Source: an uncultured Thermoleophilia bacterium (GTDB lineage: Bacteria; Actinomycetota; Thermoleophilia; UBA2241). Taken from it: 64,000 bases of DNA. Below the pieces are notes generated by a model, which saw only the letters and a list, made by a program, of their open reading frames with translations, was not told the origin of the DNA and made no database searches. A program made the position numbers and the translations under genes. Within the stretch, counting starts at the first letter, position 1. Each line of letters starts with the position of its first letter. The DNA lies in the NCBI GenBank assembly GCA_963702475.1, contig CAVPCT010000005.1, positions 192,001 through 256,000 of the forward strand. The letters run 5' to 3'. Below are positions 50,954 through 59,306 of the stretch, piece by piece.

Positions 50954-51808
50954 ATGAAGAACGGCAGCACACCGGCGCTGCACCCCGCGGTCACGCCCAA
51001 AGCCGTCGCGGCGCTCCAGGAGCGCATGCTGACCTGGTACGCCGAGAACCGCCGCGACCTCCCCTGGCGCCGCACGCGCGACCCCTACGCGATCCTCGTC
51101 AGCGAGGTGATGCTGCAGCAGACGCAGGTGCCGCGCGTGATCCCCAGGTACGAGGGCTTTCTGCGCGCCTGGCCGGCGCTCGAGGACCTGGCGGCGGCGG
51201 CCCTCGCCGACGTGCTTCACCTGTGGCGGGGACTCGGCTACAACAACAGGGCACGGCGGCTGCGCGAGTGCGCGTCGGCCGTCGTCACGGACGCCTCCGG
51301 GAGCGGACGCCGTCCCGCGGCCCTCCCCGACTCGGTAGAAGGGCTGCGCACTCTGCCCGGCATCGGCCCGTACACCGCCCGTGCGGTGCTCATCTTCGCC
51401 CACGACCGCGACCTGGCCGCCGTGGACGCCAACGTGCGTCGCGTCCTCACGAGCGAGCTCGGCCTGCCGAAGGACCTCGGCGAGAGGGACCTCCAGGCGG
51501 TGGCCGACGCGGCTCTCCCCGCGGGTCGCAGCCGGGATTGGCACAACGCGCTCATGGACTACGGGTCGCTCGTGCTGACGGCCCGGACCACCGGGATCGC
51601 CCCCCGCACCAGGCAGGGCGCCTTCCACGGGTCCCGCCGCTGGTACCGCTCGCGCCTGCTGCGGGCCCTGCTCGACGGCGGCCCGCAGCGCCTCCCCGAG
51701 CTCGCGGCGCACATCGGCCTCGACATCCAGGCCACCGCGGACATCGCCGACGCGCTGGAGGCGGACGGCCTCGTTCGGCGCGACGGCGACGTCGTCGGCA
51801 TCGCCTGA
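50954..51808 (+). CDS. mutY: MutY-like HhH-GPD adenine glycosylase lacking the Fe-S cysteines
   Basis: RDLPWR..DPY.ILVSEVMLQQT, GLGYN.RA, LPGIGPYTA, VDANV; ALMDYGSLVL replaces the Cys motif. Confidence 0.85.
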   Translation: MKNGSTPALHPAVTPKAVAALQERMLTWYAENRRDLPWRRTRDPYAILVSEVMLQQTQVPRVIPRYEGFLRAWPALEDLAAAALADVLHLWRGLGYNNRARRLRECASAVVTDASGSGRRPAALPDSVEGLRTLPGIGPYTARAVLIFAHDRDLAAVDANVRRVLTSELGLPKDLGERDLQAVADAALPAGRSRDWHNALMDYGSLVLTARTTGIAPRTRQGAFHGSRRWYRSRLLRALLDGGPQRLPELAAHIGLDIQATADIADALEADGLVRRDGDVVGIA

Positions 51809-51870
51809 CGGCGCCGGGCCGGCTGTGCGCCCCCCAGGGCGCCTTTCAGGGGCTGATGCCCCGGCGCCTT

Positions 51871-52191
51871 TCAGGTCCTGAACATGGTGAGGAGGAACAC
51901 GAGCTCCTCGCGCGCCCGCACCGCGTGCTTCAGCTCGGCCGGCATGTAGTGCAGCTTGCCCGGGCCGGCCTCGTGCTCGACGCCGTCGAGCACCACCGAG
52001 CCGGCCCCGCGCAGCACGTGGATCACGGCCGGCACGCTGGCAGTGTGCTCACTCAGCTCTTGTCCGGGCGCGAGCGTGAACAGGATGATCTTGTGGTGGT
52101 CGTTCTCCACCACCGACTTGCTGACGATGCCCTGGTCGGCTAGCTGCGTCATCTGCTCCAGGTCCACGACCACCGGGTTCGATCCGTCCAT
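51871..52191 (-). CDS. cupin domain protein
   Basis: GQELSEH...HAVRA. Confidence 0.85.
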   Translation of the reverse strand: MDGSNPVVVDLEQMTQLADQGIVSKSVVENDHHKIILFTLAPGQELSEHTASVPAVIHVLRGAGSVVLDGVEHEAGPGKLHYMPAELKHAVRAREELVFLLTMFRT

Positions 52192-52302
52192 CGATGCCTC
52201 CGACTCACGGGGATTGCCTGTCTCGAAACCTACCCATCGGAGGCCCCACCGAACTTGACCTTCGTCAGGGCGTCTGCCCCCACCCTGCTCCCCTTCACGA
52301 GT

Positions 52303-52348
52303 TTGACAGCCGCACGGTGCGGGGATACACTTTGTGACGGTCATCACA
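52303..52348 (+). promoter_or_regulatory. sigma70 promoter with overlapping CRP/Rex-type operator
   Basis: TTGACA(52303)-17-TACACT(52326) followed by TGTGA-CGGTCA-TCACA (52333-52348). Confidence 0.8.
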
Positions 52349-52376
52349 GAAGCTCTTATTTTTGAGGAGGGTCGCC

Positions 52377-52511
52377 ATGACGAATCCATTCGCAACACTC
52401 AAGCGCCTGTTCGATGGCTCGCCGGACGTCGGGGGCTCACCTCAGTCTTCCGCGCGACGAGTCGAGAAGAATTTCATGAAGTACGACCTCACCGTCGATC
52501 CGCGGTTCTGA
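52377..52511 (+). CDS. small protein 1 (44 aa) MTNPFATLKRLFDGSPDVGGSPQSSARRVEKNFMKYDLTVDPRF
   Basis: GAGGAGG RBS 6 nt before ATG, consensus promoter upstream. Confidence 0.7.
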   Translation: MTNPFATLKRLFDGSPDVGGSPQSSARRVEKNFMKYDLTVDPRF

Positions 52512-52527
52512 GAGAGGAGGCACCACA

Positions 52528-52668
52528 GTGAACTCAAGCGTCTTCCGCTCCATCGGCAGGTTCCTGGCCGACGCCGCAGAGGCCATCGGCACACCGTCGG
52601 GCGACACCCGAGGTCATGTGCGCGTCTACTCCCTCGACCGCAAGGTGGGTCGCGGCCGCAACTTCTGA
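52528..52668 (+). CDS. small protein 2 (46 aa) MNSSVFRSIGRFLADAAEAIGTPSGDTRGHVRVYSLDRKVGRGRNF
   Basis: GAGGAGG RBS 7 nt before GTG, directly after protein 1, terminator downstream. Confidence 0.68.
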   Translation: MNSSVFRSIGRFLADAAEAIGTPSGDTRGHVRVYSLDRKVGRGRNF

Positions 52669-52718
52669 GATATCTACTGGCTGCCGGCGATCTCCCCCAG
52701 CCGCCGACGGCATCCTTC

Positions 52719-52781
52719 AGGGCCTCCCGCCTCCTGACCCGGCCCCAAGACGTCAGGAAACCAGGCGGGAGGCCTTCTCTT
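52719..52781 (+). terminator. intrinsic terminator after small proteins 1-2
   Basis: GGCCTCCCGCCT/AGGCGGGAGGCC stem with inner CCTGAC/GTCAGG, then TTCTCTT. Confidence 0.65.
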
Positions 52782-52922
52782 ACCGGCCGCTGGACCCACC
52801 GCGATGGTCGACGTGCAAGCGCGGACCGGACGCAGTTCGGACAAGCCCAGACGCCAGACTCCGTGCGGGGTCGTCCCGGCAACAAGTCGGGAGCTTGACA
52901 AGCGCGACCGCGGCTCGCGTGT

Positions 52923-52968
52923 TTGACGTAGTGGTAGTTATGGAATACACTCTGTGCTCAACTTCACA
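52923..52968 (+). promoter_or_regulatory. second sigma70 promoter with overlapping CRP/Rex-type operator
   Basis: TTGACG(52923)-17-TACACT(52946) followed by TGTGC-TCAACT-TCACA (52953-52968), same geometry as 52303. Confidence 0.75.
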
Positions 52969-52998
52969 ATCAATACTCTTTAATCGGAGGAGATGGTC

Positions 52999-53154
52999 AT
53001 GAGCAGCCTCGGTCGCATGTTCGACAAGATCTTCTTCGGCGGCGGCCGCTCGGATGAGGTCTCCCAGACCGTGTCCCAGCCGTCGCCCGTCGCCCGCCCC
53101 GGCGTCGAGGACCGCGCCCGCTACGACAGCGGCACGTCGATCTACTACCACTGA
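52999..53154 (+). CDS. small protein 3 (51 aa) MSSLGRMFDKIFFGGGRSDEVSQTVSQPSPVARPGVEDRARYDSGTSIYYH
   Basis: GGAGGAG RBS 6 nt before ATG, own promoter and terminator. Confidence 0.7.
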   Translation: MSSLGRMFDKIFFGGGRSDEVSQTVSQPSPVARPGVEDRARYDSGTSIYYH

Positions 53155-53206
53155 CGCCCGCGCCGGCGCGGAGATCAGTCCTCGCCGGCGACTGACTGGT
53201 ATGACG

Positions 53207-53252
53207 AGACCCCCGGGCTCTCGACTTCTGCGAGTCGAGAGCCCGGGGGTCT
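53207..53252. terminator. bidirectional terminator
   Basis: 20-bp perfect stem AGACCCCCGGGCTCTCGACT between convergent units. Confidence 0.75.
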
Positions 53253-53347
53253 GTCTCGTTCCAAGGACAGCCGGCCAGAGCCGACGTGCTCTGCGACCGG
53301 CGGGAAGTGCTCCCGTTCCAGGACAGCCGGCCCGAGCCGGCGGGTCC

Positions 53348-54664
53348 TCAGACCGGCCGAAAGTACGCCGGATACGTGCGCGGCTTGGACTTCTTGCGCC
53401 GATACGTGTGCGCGAGCTCCAGAAAGATGCCGACGTCGCGCTCCAGGTCGCCCTGGGTACCGTCGAAGTAGAAGACCCTGATGGGCATGTTGTCGAGCTC
53501 TTTGGCCAGACTGGGATAGACGGCCTCGGTGACGATGCCGTTCATGCAGGTGAACGGGCTGATGTCGATGATGCCGTCGGCGCCCTTACCGTACAGATAG
53601 ATGGACTTGCCGCTGCTCAGCACCATCTCTCCCAGCGCCCCGGTGTACGGGAGGTACGGCTCGCTCAGCTCGAGCACCTGACCCACGTCCTCCGGCTCCT
53701 CATAGCCCACGAAGTCGTCGTGGAACGGGCCGTACAACGCGTGCTCGTCGCTGCGCATGATCCTGCTCTTGAGGTACCGGTAGGCGTTGTCCTTGGAGAA
53801 GCGCCGCTTCTGCTCGATGAGCCGGCGGCGCTGCTCGTCGTCGGTGTACCAGACCCACTCGCCGATATCGGCCAGCCAGCACTCCCCGCCCTGCTCCTCT
53901 ACCACGCGGATGAGGTCGAAGTTGGAGAAGGTGTTCTGGCGGCAGAAGATCTCGCCGACCACACCGATGAGCGGCCGCGAACGATCGTAGGCGCACGGGA
54001 TGGCGCGGAACCTGTCGCGGGCGCGCTGCATGGCCGGCAGGATCGCGGCCATGCGCTCCTTGTGCGACACGCCGTTGCTGCTGATCGCGTCACCCACCTC
54101 TACCAGACACTGCTGGTAGACCTCGTCGGTACTGCCCTTCTCCAGCTCGTACGGACGCGTCTTGAGCAGGAGCTTCATGAGGATGTCCTGCGCGAGCACG
54201 GCCCGCCACGCGGTGCGGATGAGGTCGCTGGAATAACTGCCGATGGACGAGTAGCCGTCGCTCGACGTGATGGTGATGACCGGCACGTCGTCGTATCCCA
54301 GTTCGCGGAACTTGGCGTTGACCAGGTGAAGGTACTGGCCGAAACGGCACGGGCCGTTGGCCGTGGGCATGAGGAAGGCGACGTTCTCCCGTCCCTCGTC
54401 CTCGATGATGCGCAGGAAGTCGCCGATGGTGATCTTCTGCGGGTAGCACTCGTCACCGGACGTCACTCGCCCACCGAGGTCGAGCGTGCGCTCGTCCGAG
54501 TCACTTGTGGGCCACGCGTCGAAGCCGATGGAGCGGATGGCGGCGGCGAGCAGGTACGTGCCGCCGTAGGGCATCTGCGGCAAGTAGAGCTTGCGTCCCT
54601 CCAGGCCGAAGTCCTTGATGGCCTGCTTGATGCGCTCGTCCTGTTTGACGCTACTTGAGGGCAC
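53348..54664 (-). CDS. 2-hydroxyacyl-CoA dehydratase-like reductase subunit (PlsR-like)
   Basis: GDECYP, GPCRFGQY, IGVVGEIF, PFTCMNG; overlaps the upstream activator gene. Confidence 0.8.
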   Translation of the reverse strand: MPSSSVKQDERIKQAIKDFGLEGRKLYLPQMPYGGTYLLAAAIRSIGFDAWPTSDSDERTLDLGGRVTSGDECYPQKITIGDFLRIIEDEGRENVAFLMPTANGPCRFGQYLHLVNAKFRELGYDDVPVITITSSDGYSSIGSYSSDLIRTAWRAVLAQDILMKLLLKTRPYELEKGSTDEVYQQCLVEVGDAISSNGVSHKERMAAILPAMQRARDRFRAIPCAYDRSRPLIGVVGEIFCRQNTFSNFDLIRVVEEQGGECWLADIGEWVWYTDDEQRRRLIEQKRRFSKDNAYRYLKSRIMRSDEHALYGPFHDDFVGYEEPEDVGQVLELSEPYLPYTGALGEMVLSSGKSIYLYGKGADGIIDISPFTCMNGIVTEAVYPSLAKELDNMPIRVFYFDGTQGDLERDVGIFLELAHTYRRKKSKPRTYPAYFRPV

Positions 54665-57600
54665 CTGCCACCTCCTCTTCCGGCGGGGCGCAGAGATGCT
54701 CGCGTTCTTCTCCCGCCTGCGACCACCAGCGCAGGAAGCCCTTGCTGTCCAGGTACGCCTCGCAGCGCGTCATCGCGCCGGCGTCGTTCTGGTGCTCGTC
54801 GAACTGCAGGGTGAGGTACGGCTTGCCGGAGGCCTCGCGCACGTAGTGCTTGATGTACGAGTCCGGGCCGCACTTGAAGTTGGTCATGTAGATGAGGTGC
54901 AGATGATCCTTGCCGTGCACGAACGTCGCCGCCTGCAGGATCTTGCGCCCGTAGTTCCAGTACATGTTGGGCACGATCGGGTTGATGTCGATGCCCTTGA
55001 TGGGCAGGAAGTCGAGCGGTATCAAGTTGACCCCGTAGAACTTGCGAAGCTTGCGCGGGATGTCCATGTTGATGCCCTTGTCGTACATGTTGTACGGGCG
55101 CCCTATGAGCACGATGCCGAGCTCGCCGGAGCGCTCAAGGGTCGCAAGCGCCTCGTGGCCGGCCTTCTGCAGGGCGGCGCGGAACTCATCCTGGGCCACG
55201 AAGGCGCGGTCGAGTGCCGCGCGCAGACGACCCTTGCCCACGCCCAGCTGGGCGGCCATGCCGGCGAGGTCACGCACGAGGCCTTCCCGGCCGTCGCGGA
55301 ACATGACGCGCGGCGCGAGGAACCTGTGCTTGTACTGCTCGAGCGCCGGCGCCTGACGGACGACGAACGGCAGGGTCTGCCCCCAAGGACACGCGTGCGA
55401 GTTGTACTGCATGAACTCGCTCTCCTCGTTGACCTGGTTGGGCACGAAGACCCAGTCAACGCCCTCTCGCAGCAGCCACTGCGCATGCCCGTGGGCCACG
55501 CGGATGGGGAAGCAGGGCTCGGCCACGGTGAGGTCGACGCCGGCCTCGCGGATCTGCTTGTCGCTCTCCGGCGAGAGGACGGGGCGGTGGCCCAGCTCGG
55601 CGAAGAACGTCGCCCAGAACGGCAGCCTGTCGTAGGTGTACATGGCACGCGCCAGGCCGACCGTGGGCGCCGTCTCGGGCAGCCTGGCTCGCGCCGCCTC
55701 GTAGGGCGCCATGAGCTGCTGCTGGCGGAAGGCGATGAGGTCGGCGATCACGGGCTCCTTGTCCACCTTGGCGGGCTTGCGGTACCTGTCGGAGCACTTG
55801 TCGCCCCAGTAGGTCTTCTGGCCCTCGATGGTGAACTGGCGCACGTCGCACTCGTTGGAGCAGGCGTGGCAGACGAAGTCGACCACGGTGTAGTCCACCT
55901 CGCCCAGGTCCCATCCGCGGAACGTGCTCGGCTCGCCGGTGCGCTGCACGCGCTCGCGAGCCAGCAACGCCATGCCCAGCGCGCCCATGACGCCGTTGTA
56001 CGGCGGCACGATGATCTCCTTGTCCAGGATCTGGCTGAAGGCCGCCGCGACGGCGTCGTTGTAGGCCGTCCCCCCCTGGAAGAAGATCGTGTCGCCGACG
56101 GTGCGCTCGCGCACCAGGCGGTTGAGGTAGTTGGTGGCGATGGAGAAGGCGAGGCCGCCCACCAGGTCGTCGCGGCGCGCGCCGCGCTGCTGATAGGCCA
56201 TCACGTCGCGCTCCATGAACACGGTGCAGCGCTCGCCGAGACGGACGGGCGCCTGAGAGCTCAGCGCCAGCTCCGCGAACTCGCCGATGATGTTGATGCC
56301 GAGCTTCTCGGCCTGCTCTTCCAGGAAAGAGCCGGTACCCGCCGCGCAGGCCTCGTTCATGGCGAAGTCGACGACGATGCCGTCCTGCAGGCTGATGAAC
56401 TTGGAGTCCTGGCCGCCGATCTCGAAGATGGTGTCTACCTGGCGGCCGATCTTGCGCCCGATGAAGTCGGCGCCCGTCTTGTGGGCGGTGATCTCGTCGG
56501 TGATGATGTCGGCCCCGCAGAGCTCGCCGATGAGCTCGCGTCCCGAGCCGGTGGTGCCCACACCAAGCAGGTTGAGGCGCGGGCCGATCTCGGCGTAGAT
56601 GTCGTGCAGGCCCTTGGTGACGACCTCCACGGGCCGCGCGTCGGTCTTGGTGTAGATCTCCTTGATGACGCGCCCCTCGTCGTCGACGACGACGAGGTTG
56701 GTGGACACGGAGCCGATGTCTATGCCCATGTACGCGTCGACGACCCCGACGTCGTCGGCGAACGTGAACGGCTCGGCCATGTCGCGCAGGAGCGTGACCT
56801 TGGCCATGGAGAGCGGCTCCGTCACGGGGAAGTCGGCCGCCGGGAGGCGGCTGGCGTCGAGCGACGCCAGCTCCGCCCGGGCCGACTCGTACTCGGCCTC
56901 GATGAGCGCGGCGCCGACGGCGCCGAGCGCCGCGTGATAGTCGGGGATGAAGAGATCGCCGGGCTCGAGGTCGAAGGCCTCCTGGAGCGCCTGCACGGCG
57001 CCCTTGTTGGCCGCCACCCCGCCGATGAAGGCGATGGGCGGCTCCACGACCTTGCCCTTGGCGATGGTGCCCTTGAAGTTGCGCATCACCGCGTCGCACA
57101 GCCCCCGGAGCACCTCGGGCGGCTGATAGCCCTTCTGCTGGGCGTGGATCATGTCCGACTTGGCGAACACGCTGCAGCGCCCGGCGATGCTGGCCGCCTT
57201 GCCGGCATCGAGCACGATGTCGCCGACATCCTCGATGTCGTAGAGGAGGCGGCTCGCCTGCTGGTCCATGAAGGAGCCGGTGCCGGCGGCGCAGTCGCCG
57301 TTGGTCTGGTAGTCGGTGATGCCGTGACAGCGGGTCTCCTCGTCGGGCTCGAGCCTGATGAACTTGGACGTCTCGCCGCCCATCTCGAAGATGGTGCGCG
57401 TCTGCGGCGCCAGGGCGCTGACCCCGCGGGTGATGGCCTTGAACTCGTTCTCGAAACTCGCCTCGAGCGCCTGGCCGATGAGGCGACCGCCCGAACCGGT
57501 GACGCGGACGCCCTCGATCTTGCCCTCAGGCAGGACGGCCAGGAGCTCGTCGAGCAGAGCCTGGGTCGCCTCCCCGGGACTGCCCTTGATTCGCCGGTAC

Positions 57601-57770
57601 TTCGCCACCAGGACCGGACGCCCGTCGACGACCGTGAGCCCGTCGGCGGGGTTCTCGAAGAGGTCGGGATGGCTTGCGAGGAGCTGGGTGTAGAGGTCGT
57701 GGTCTTCAGCCTCGCCGGCGAGGGCCGCTTTGAGGCTGATGCAGCCGATGTCGATGCCGAGAGAAGTCAT
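54651..57770 (-). CDS. acyl-CoA dehydratase activase with two BadF/BcrAD ASKHA domains plus DUF2229 (PlsA/Ger-like)
   Basis: GIDIG..S.K/ST twice, CAAGTGSF twice, GRCSVF/ERCTVF, C..C.N.C, CFP....HGH, FKCGPDS. Confidence 0.88.
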   Translation of the reverse strand: MTSLGIDIGCISLKAALAGEAEDHDLYTQLLASHPDLFENPADGLTVVDGRPVLVAKYRRIKGSPGEATQALLDELLAVLPEGKIEGVRVTGSGGRLIGQALEASFENEFKAITRGVSALAPQTRTIFEMGGETSKFIRLEPDEETRCHGITDYQTNGDCAAGTGSFMDQQASRLLYDIEDVGDIVLDAGKAASIAGRCSVFAKSDMIHAQQKGYQPPEVLRGLCDAVMRNFKGTIAKGKVVEPPIAFIGGVAANKGAVQALQEAFDLEPGDLFIPDYHAALGAVGAALIEAEYESARAELASLDASRLPAADFPVTEPLSMAKVTLLRDMAEPFTFADDVGVVDAYMGIDIGSVSTNLVVVDDEGRVIKEIYTKTDARPVEVVTKGLHDIYAEIGPRLNLLGVGTTGSGRELIGELCGADIITDEITAHKTGADFIGRKIGRQVDTIFEIGGQDSKFISLQDGIVVDFAMNEACAAGTGSFLEEQAEKLGINIIGEFAELALSSQAPVRLGERCTVFMERDVMAYQQRGARRDDLVGGLAFSIATNYLNRLVRERTVGDTIFFQGGTAYNDAVAAAFSQILDKEIIVPPYNGVMGALGMALLARERVQRTGEPSTFRGWDLGEVDYTVVDFVCHACSNECDVRQFTIEGQKTYWGDKCSDRYRKPAKVDKEPVIADLIAFRQQQLMAPYEAARARLPETAPTVGLARAMYTYDRLPFWATFFAELGHRPVLSPESDKQIREAGVDLTVAEPCFPIRVAHGHAQWLLREGVDWVFVPNQVNEESEFMQYNSHACPWGQTLPFVVRQAPALEQYKHRFLAPRVMFRDGREGLVRDLAGMAAQLGVGKGRLRAALDRAFVAQDEFRAALQKAGHEALATLERSGELGIVLIGRPYNMYDKGINMDIPRKLRKFYGVNLIPLDFLPIKGIDINPIVPNMYWNYGRKILQAATFVHGKDHLHLIYMTNFKCGPDSYIKHYVREASGKPYLTLQFDEHQNDAGAMTRCEAYLDSKGFLRWWSQAGEEREHLCAPPEEEVAGALK

Positions 57771-57862
57771 GGGTGAACGCGATGTACCTCCTGCGGGCGG
57801 AGCCCGCCTCGCCGACCCAGAAGCCTACCGTCGTCAACGGCCCCCGGCAAGCTGGCCTAAGA

Positions 57863-57891
57863 AGACTATCGCACTCCTGATTAACGGTCAA
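57863..57891 (-). promoter_or_regulatory. sigma70 promoter for the PlsA/PlsR-like operon
   Basis: Minus strand TTGACC-17-TAGTCT. Confidence 0.55.
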
Positions 57892-58060
57892 ACGACGGCC
57901 ACCACCTCCCGCACCTCGAACGTGCACCCGTTGACGGCCGAGATGTCACCCGTTCCCCGCCTCCGTGAGCCTGTTCGGGCCGGCTCCGGTGCCGGTACCC
58001 TGCGTGCACGACGCGCCGGCCGGCCGTCCCCGCACCTCACCTCGATCGCTGGGAGCACCC

Positions 58061-58852
58061 GTGAACGAATCGACCACGCTCACCAACCGCGAGCGCCGCG
58101 AGAACGTCGCCTTCCTGAGCCAGGCGTTCTGCGCTGCGCAACGGCAACCGGCCGACGTGCTCGACGTCGACGAACGCCAGCAGTTCGCCGCCGAGCCCTC
58201 CGGCCAGGCCCGGCTGTTCTTCAAGCTTCTCTGCTACGGCGCCCTGGCCGCGCAGCCGGCCCCCGAAGCTGTCGTCGACGCCGACTGGCGGCGCCTCGAA
58301 GCCGCCGGCGTCGTCGACGCCCTGTTCGACGATGGGTTCGACCTCAAGCGCTACGCGCTGGACCCGCCGGTGTCGCGCAACGACAGCAAGGGCAAGGTCA
58401 TCGACTTCGTGCGCCTCGCCGAGACGCGCGACACGTGGAGCCGCCTCCTGCCGCAGCCGGACGACCCCGACGTGGCCGTCGATGTGCTGCACGCGGCGTC
58501 CGGCGGCGCCCTCAAGTCGCGGGCCTTCTGGGCGGTGCGCGAGATGCGCCGCCACGAGCTCTGGCAGGACGAGGCCCTGGATCGCTACGCCTGCGTGCCC
58601 GACGGCCGCGTGCGCAAGCGCGCCGTGCGCATGGGCCTCATCGATCTGCCGGAGAAGGCCGACACGTTCGCCGACATGAAGGCCGTCTCGCGGGCGCTTC
58701 ACGCGGTGCTGCGCCTGGGCGAGGCGCCCCAGGATGCCTTCGACCTGCCCGTCAGCGCCGCCGACACTCGTTGCGAGGTCTGCGACGCGGCGCGCATGGC
58801 CGCCTGTCCCATCCCGCACTGCCGCTGGCGGCGCGAGCACGCCGGCGTCTGA
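58061..58852 (+). CDS. hypothetical protein, distant HhH-GPD/endonuclease III-like fold with C-terminal Cys cluster
   Basis: VPDGRVRKRAVRMGL resembles PvDvHv.rv..RlGl; C-terminal CEVC-x7-CP-x3-C; GGGAG RBS. Confidence 0.55.
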   Translation: MNESTTLTNRERRENVAFLSQAFCAAQRQPADVLDVDERQQFAAEPSGQARLFFKLLCYGALAAQPAPEAVVDADWRRLEAAGVVDALFDDGFDLKRYALDPPVSRNDSKGKVIDFVRLAETRDTWSRLLPQPDDPDVAVDVLHAASGGALKSRAFWAVREMRRHELWQDEALDRYACVPDGRVRKRAVRMGLIDLPEKADTFADMKAVSRALHAVLRLGEAPQDAFDLPVSAADTRCEVCDAARMAACPIPHCRWRREHAGV

Positions 58853-59119
58853 CGCCTGCAAAGCGCCCGCGACTGCGGCCCTCAGCGCCGAGCCGGCTCC
58901 TTCGGCCGGCGTAGAGCCGCAAACGGCGGCCGTGGCCGAACTGGGCCGCGGCTGCCGTTTGCCCGGCACGGCGGCGTCTGGGGGCTCTACCGGCGGCTGA
59001 GTCAGGTGAGCACCCCACCCCGCTCTGCTCCCGGCACCCTATGCTCGGCGTATCCAGCCTGGGAGATAACTAGAGCAGAGAGCCGAGTGGAGCGGCTCCG
59101 CTCGAGGAAAGGGGGCGAC

Positions 59120-59263
59120 ATGAGCCTGTGGGTGGTTCTCGCGTGGCTCGGCGTCGCCGCGATCACGATCCTCCGTATCGCGCTCGTGGTGGGGGTCATC
59201 GCCGTGGTCGTGCTCGTCGCACGCGGCGTCTGGCGCTACCACACCGCACAGCCGATGTCCTGA
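59120..59263 (+). CDS. small membrane protein (47 aa)
   Basis: AAAGGGGG RBS, one long hydrophobic stretch. Confidence 0.5.
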   Translation: MSLWVVLAWLGVAAITILRIALVVGVIAVVVLVARGVWRYHTAQPMS

Positions 59264-59306
59264 CGCGAGGGTCGTTCGCGCCGACCGCAGGCGTGCGGCC
59301 GGCGCT

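Noticed and set aside
54591-57776. 1061-aa plus-strand ORF and other long antisense ORFs (e.g. 28242-30545, 33098-35245, 44396-46100, 22153-23988)
   Set aside because: Shadow ORFs caused by high GC; the opposite strand encodes recognisable proteins.
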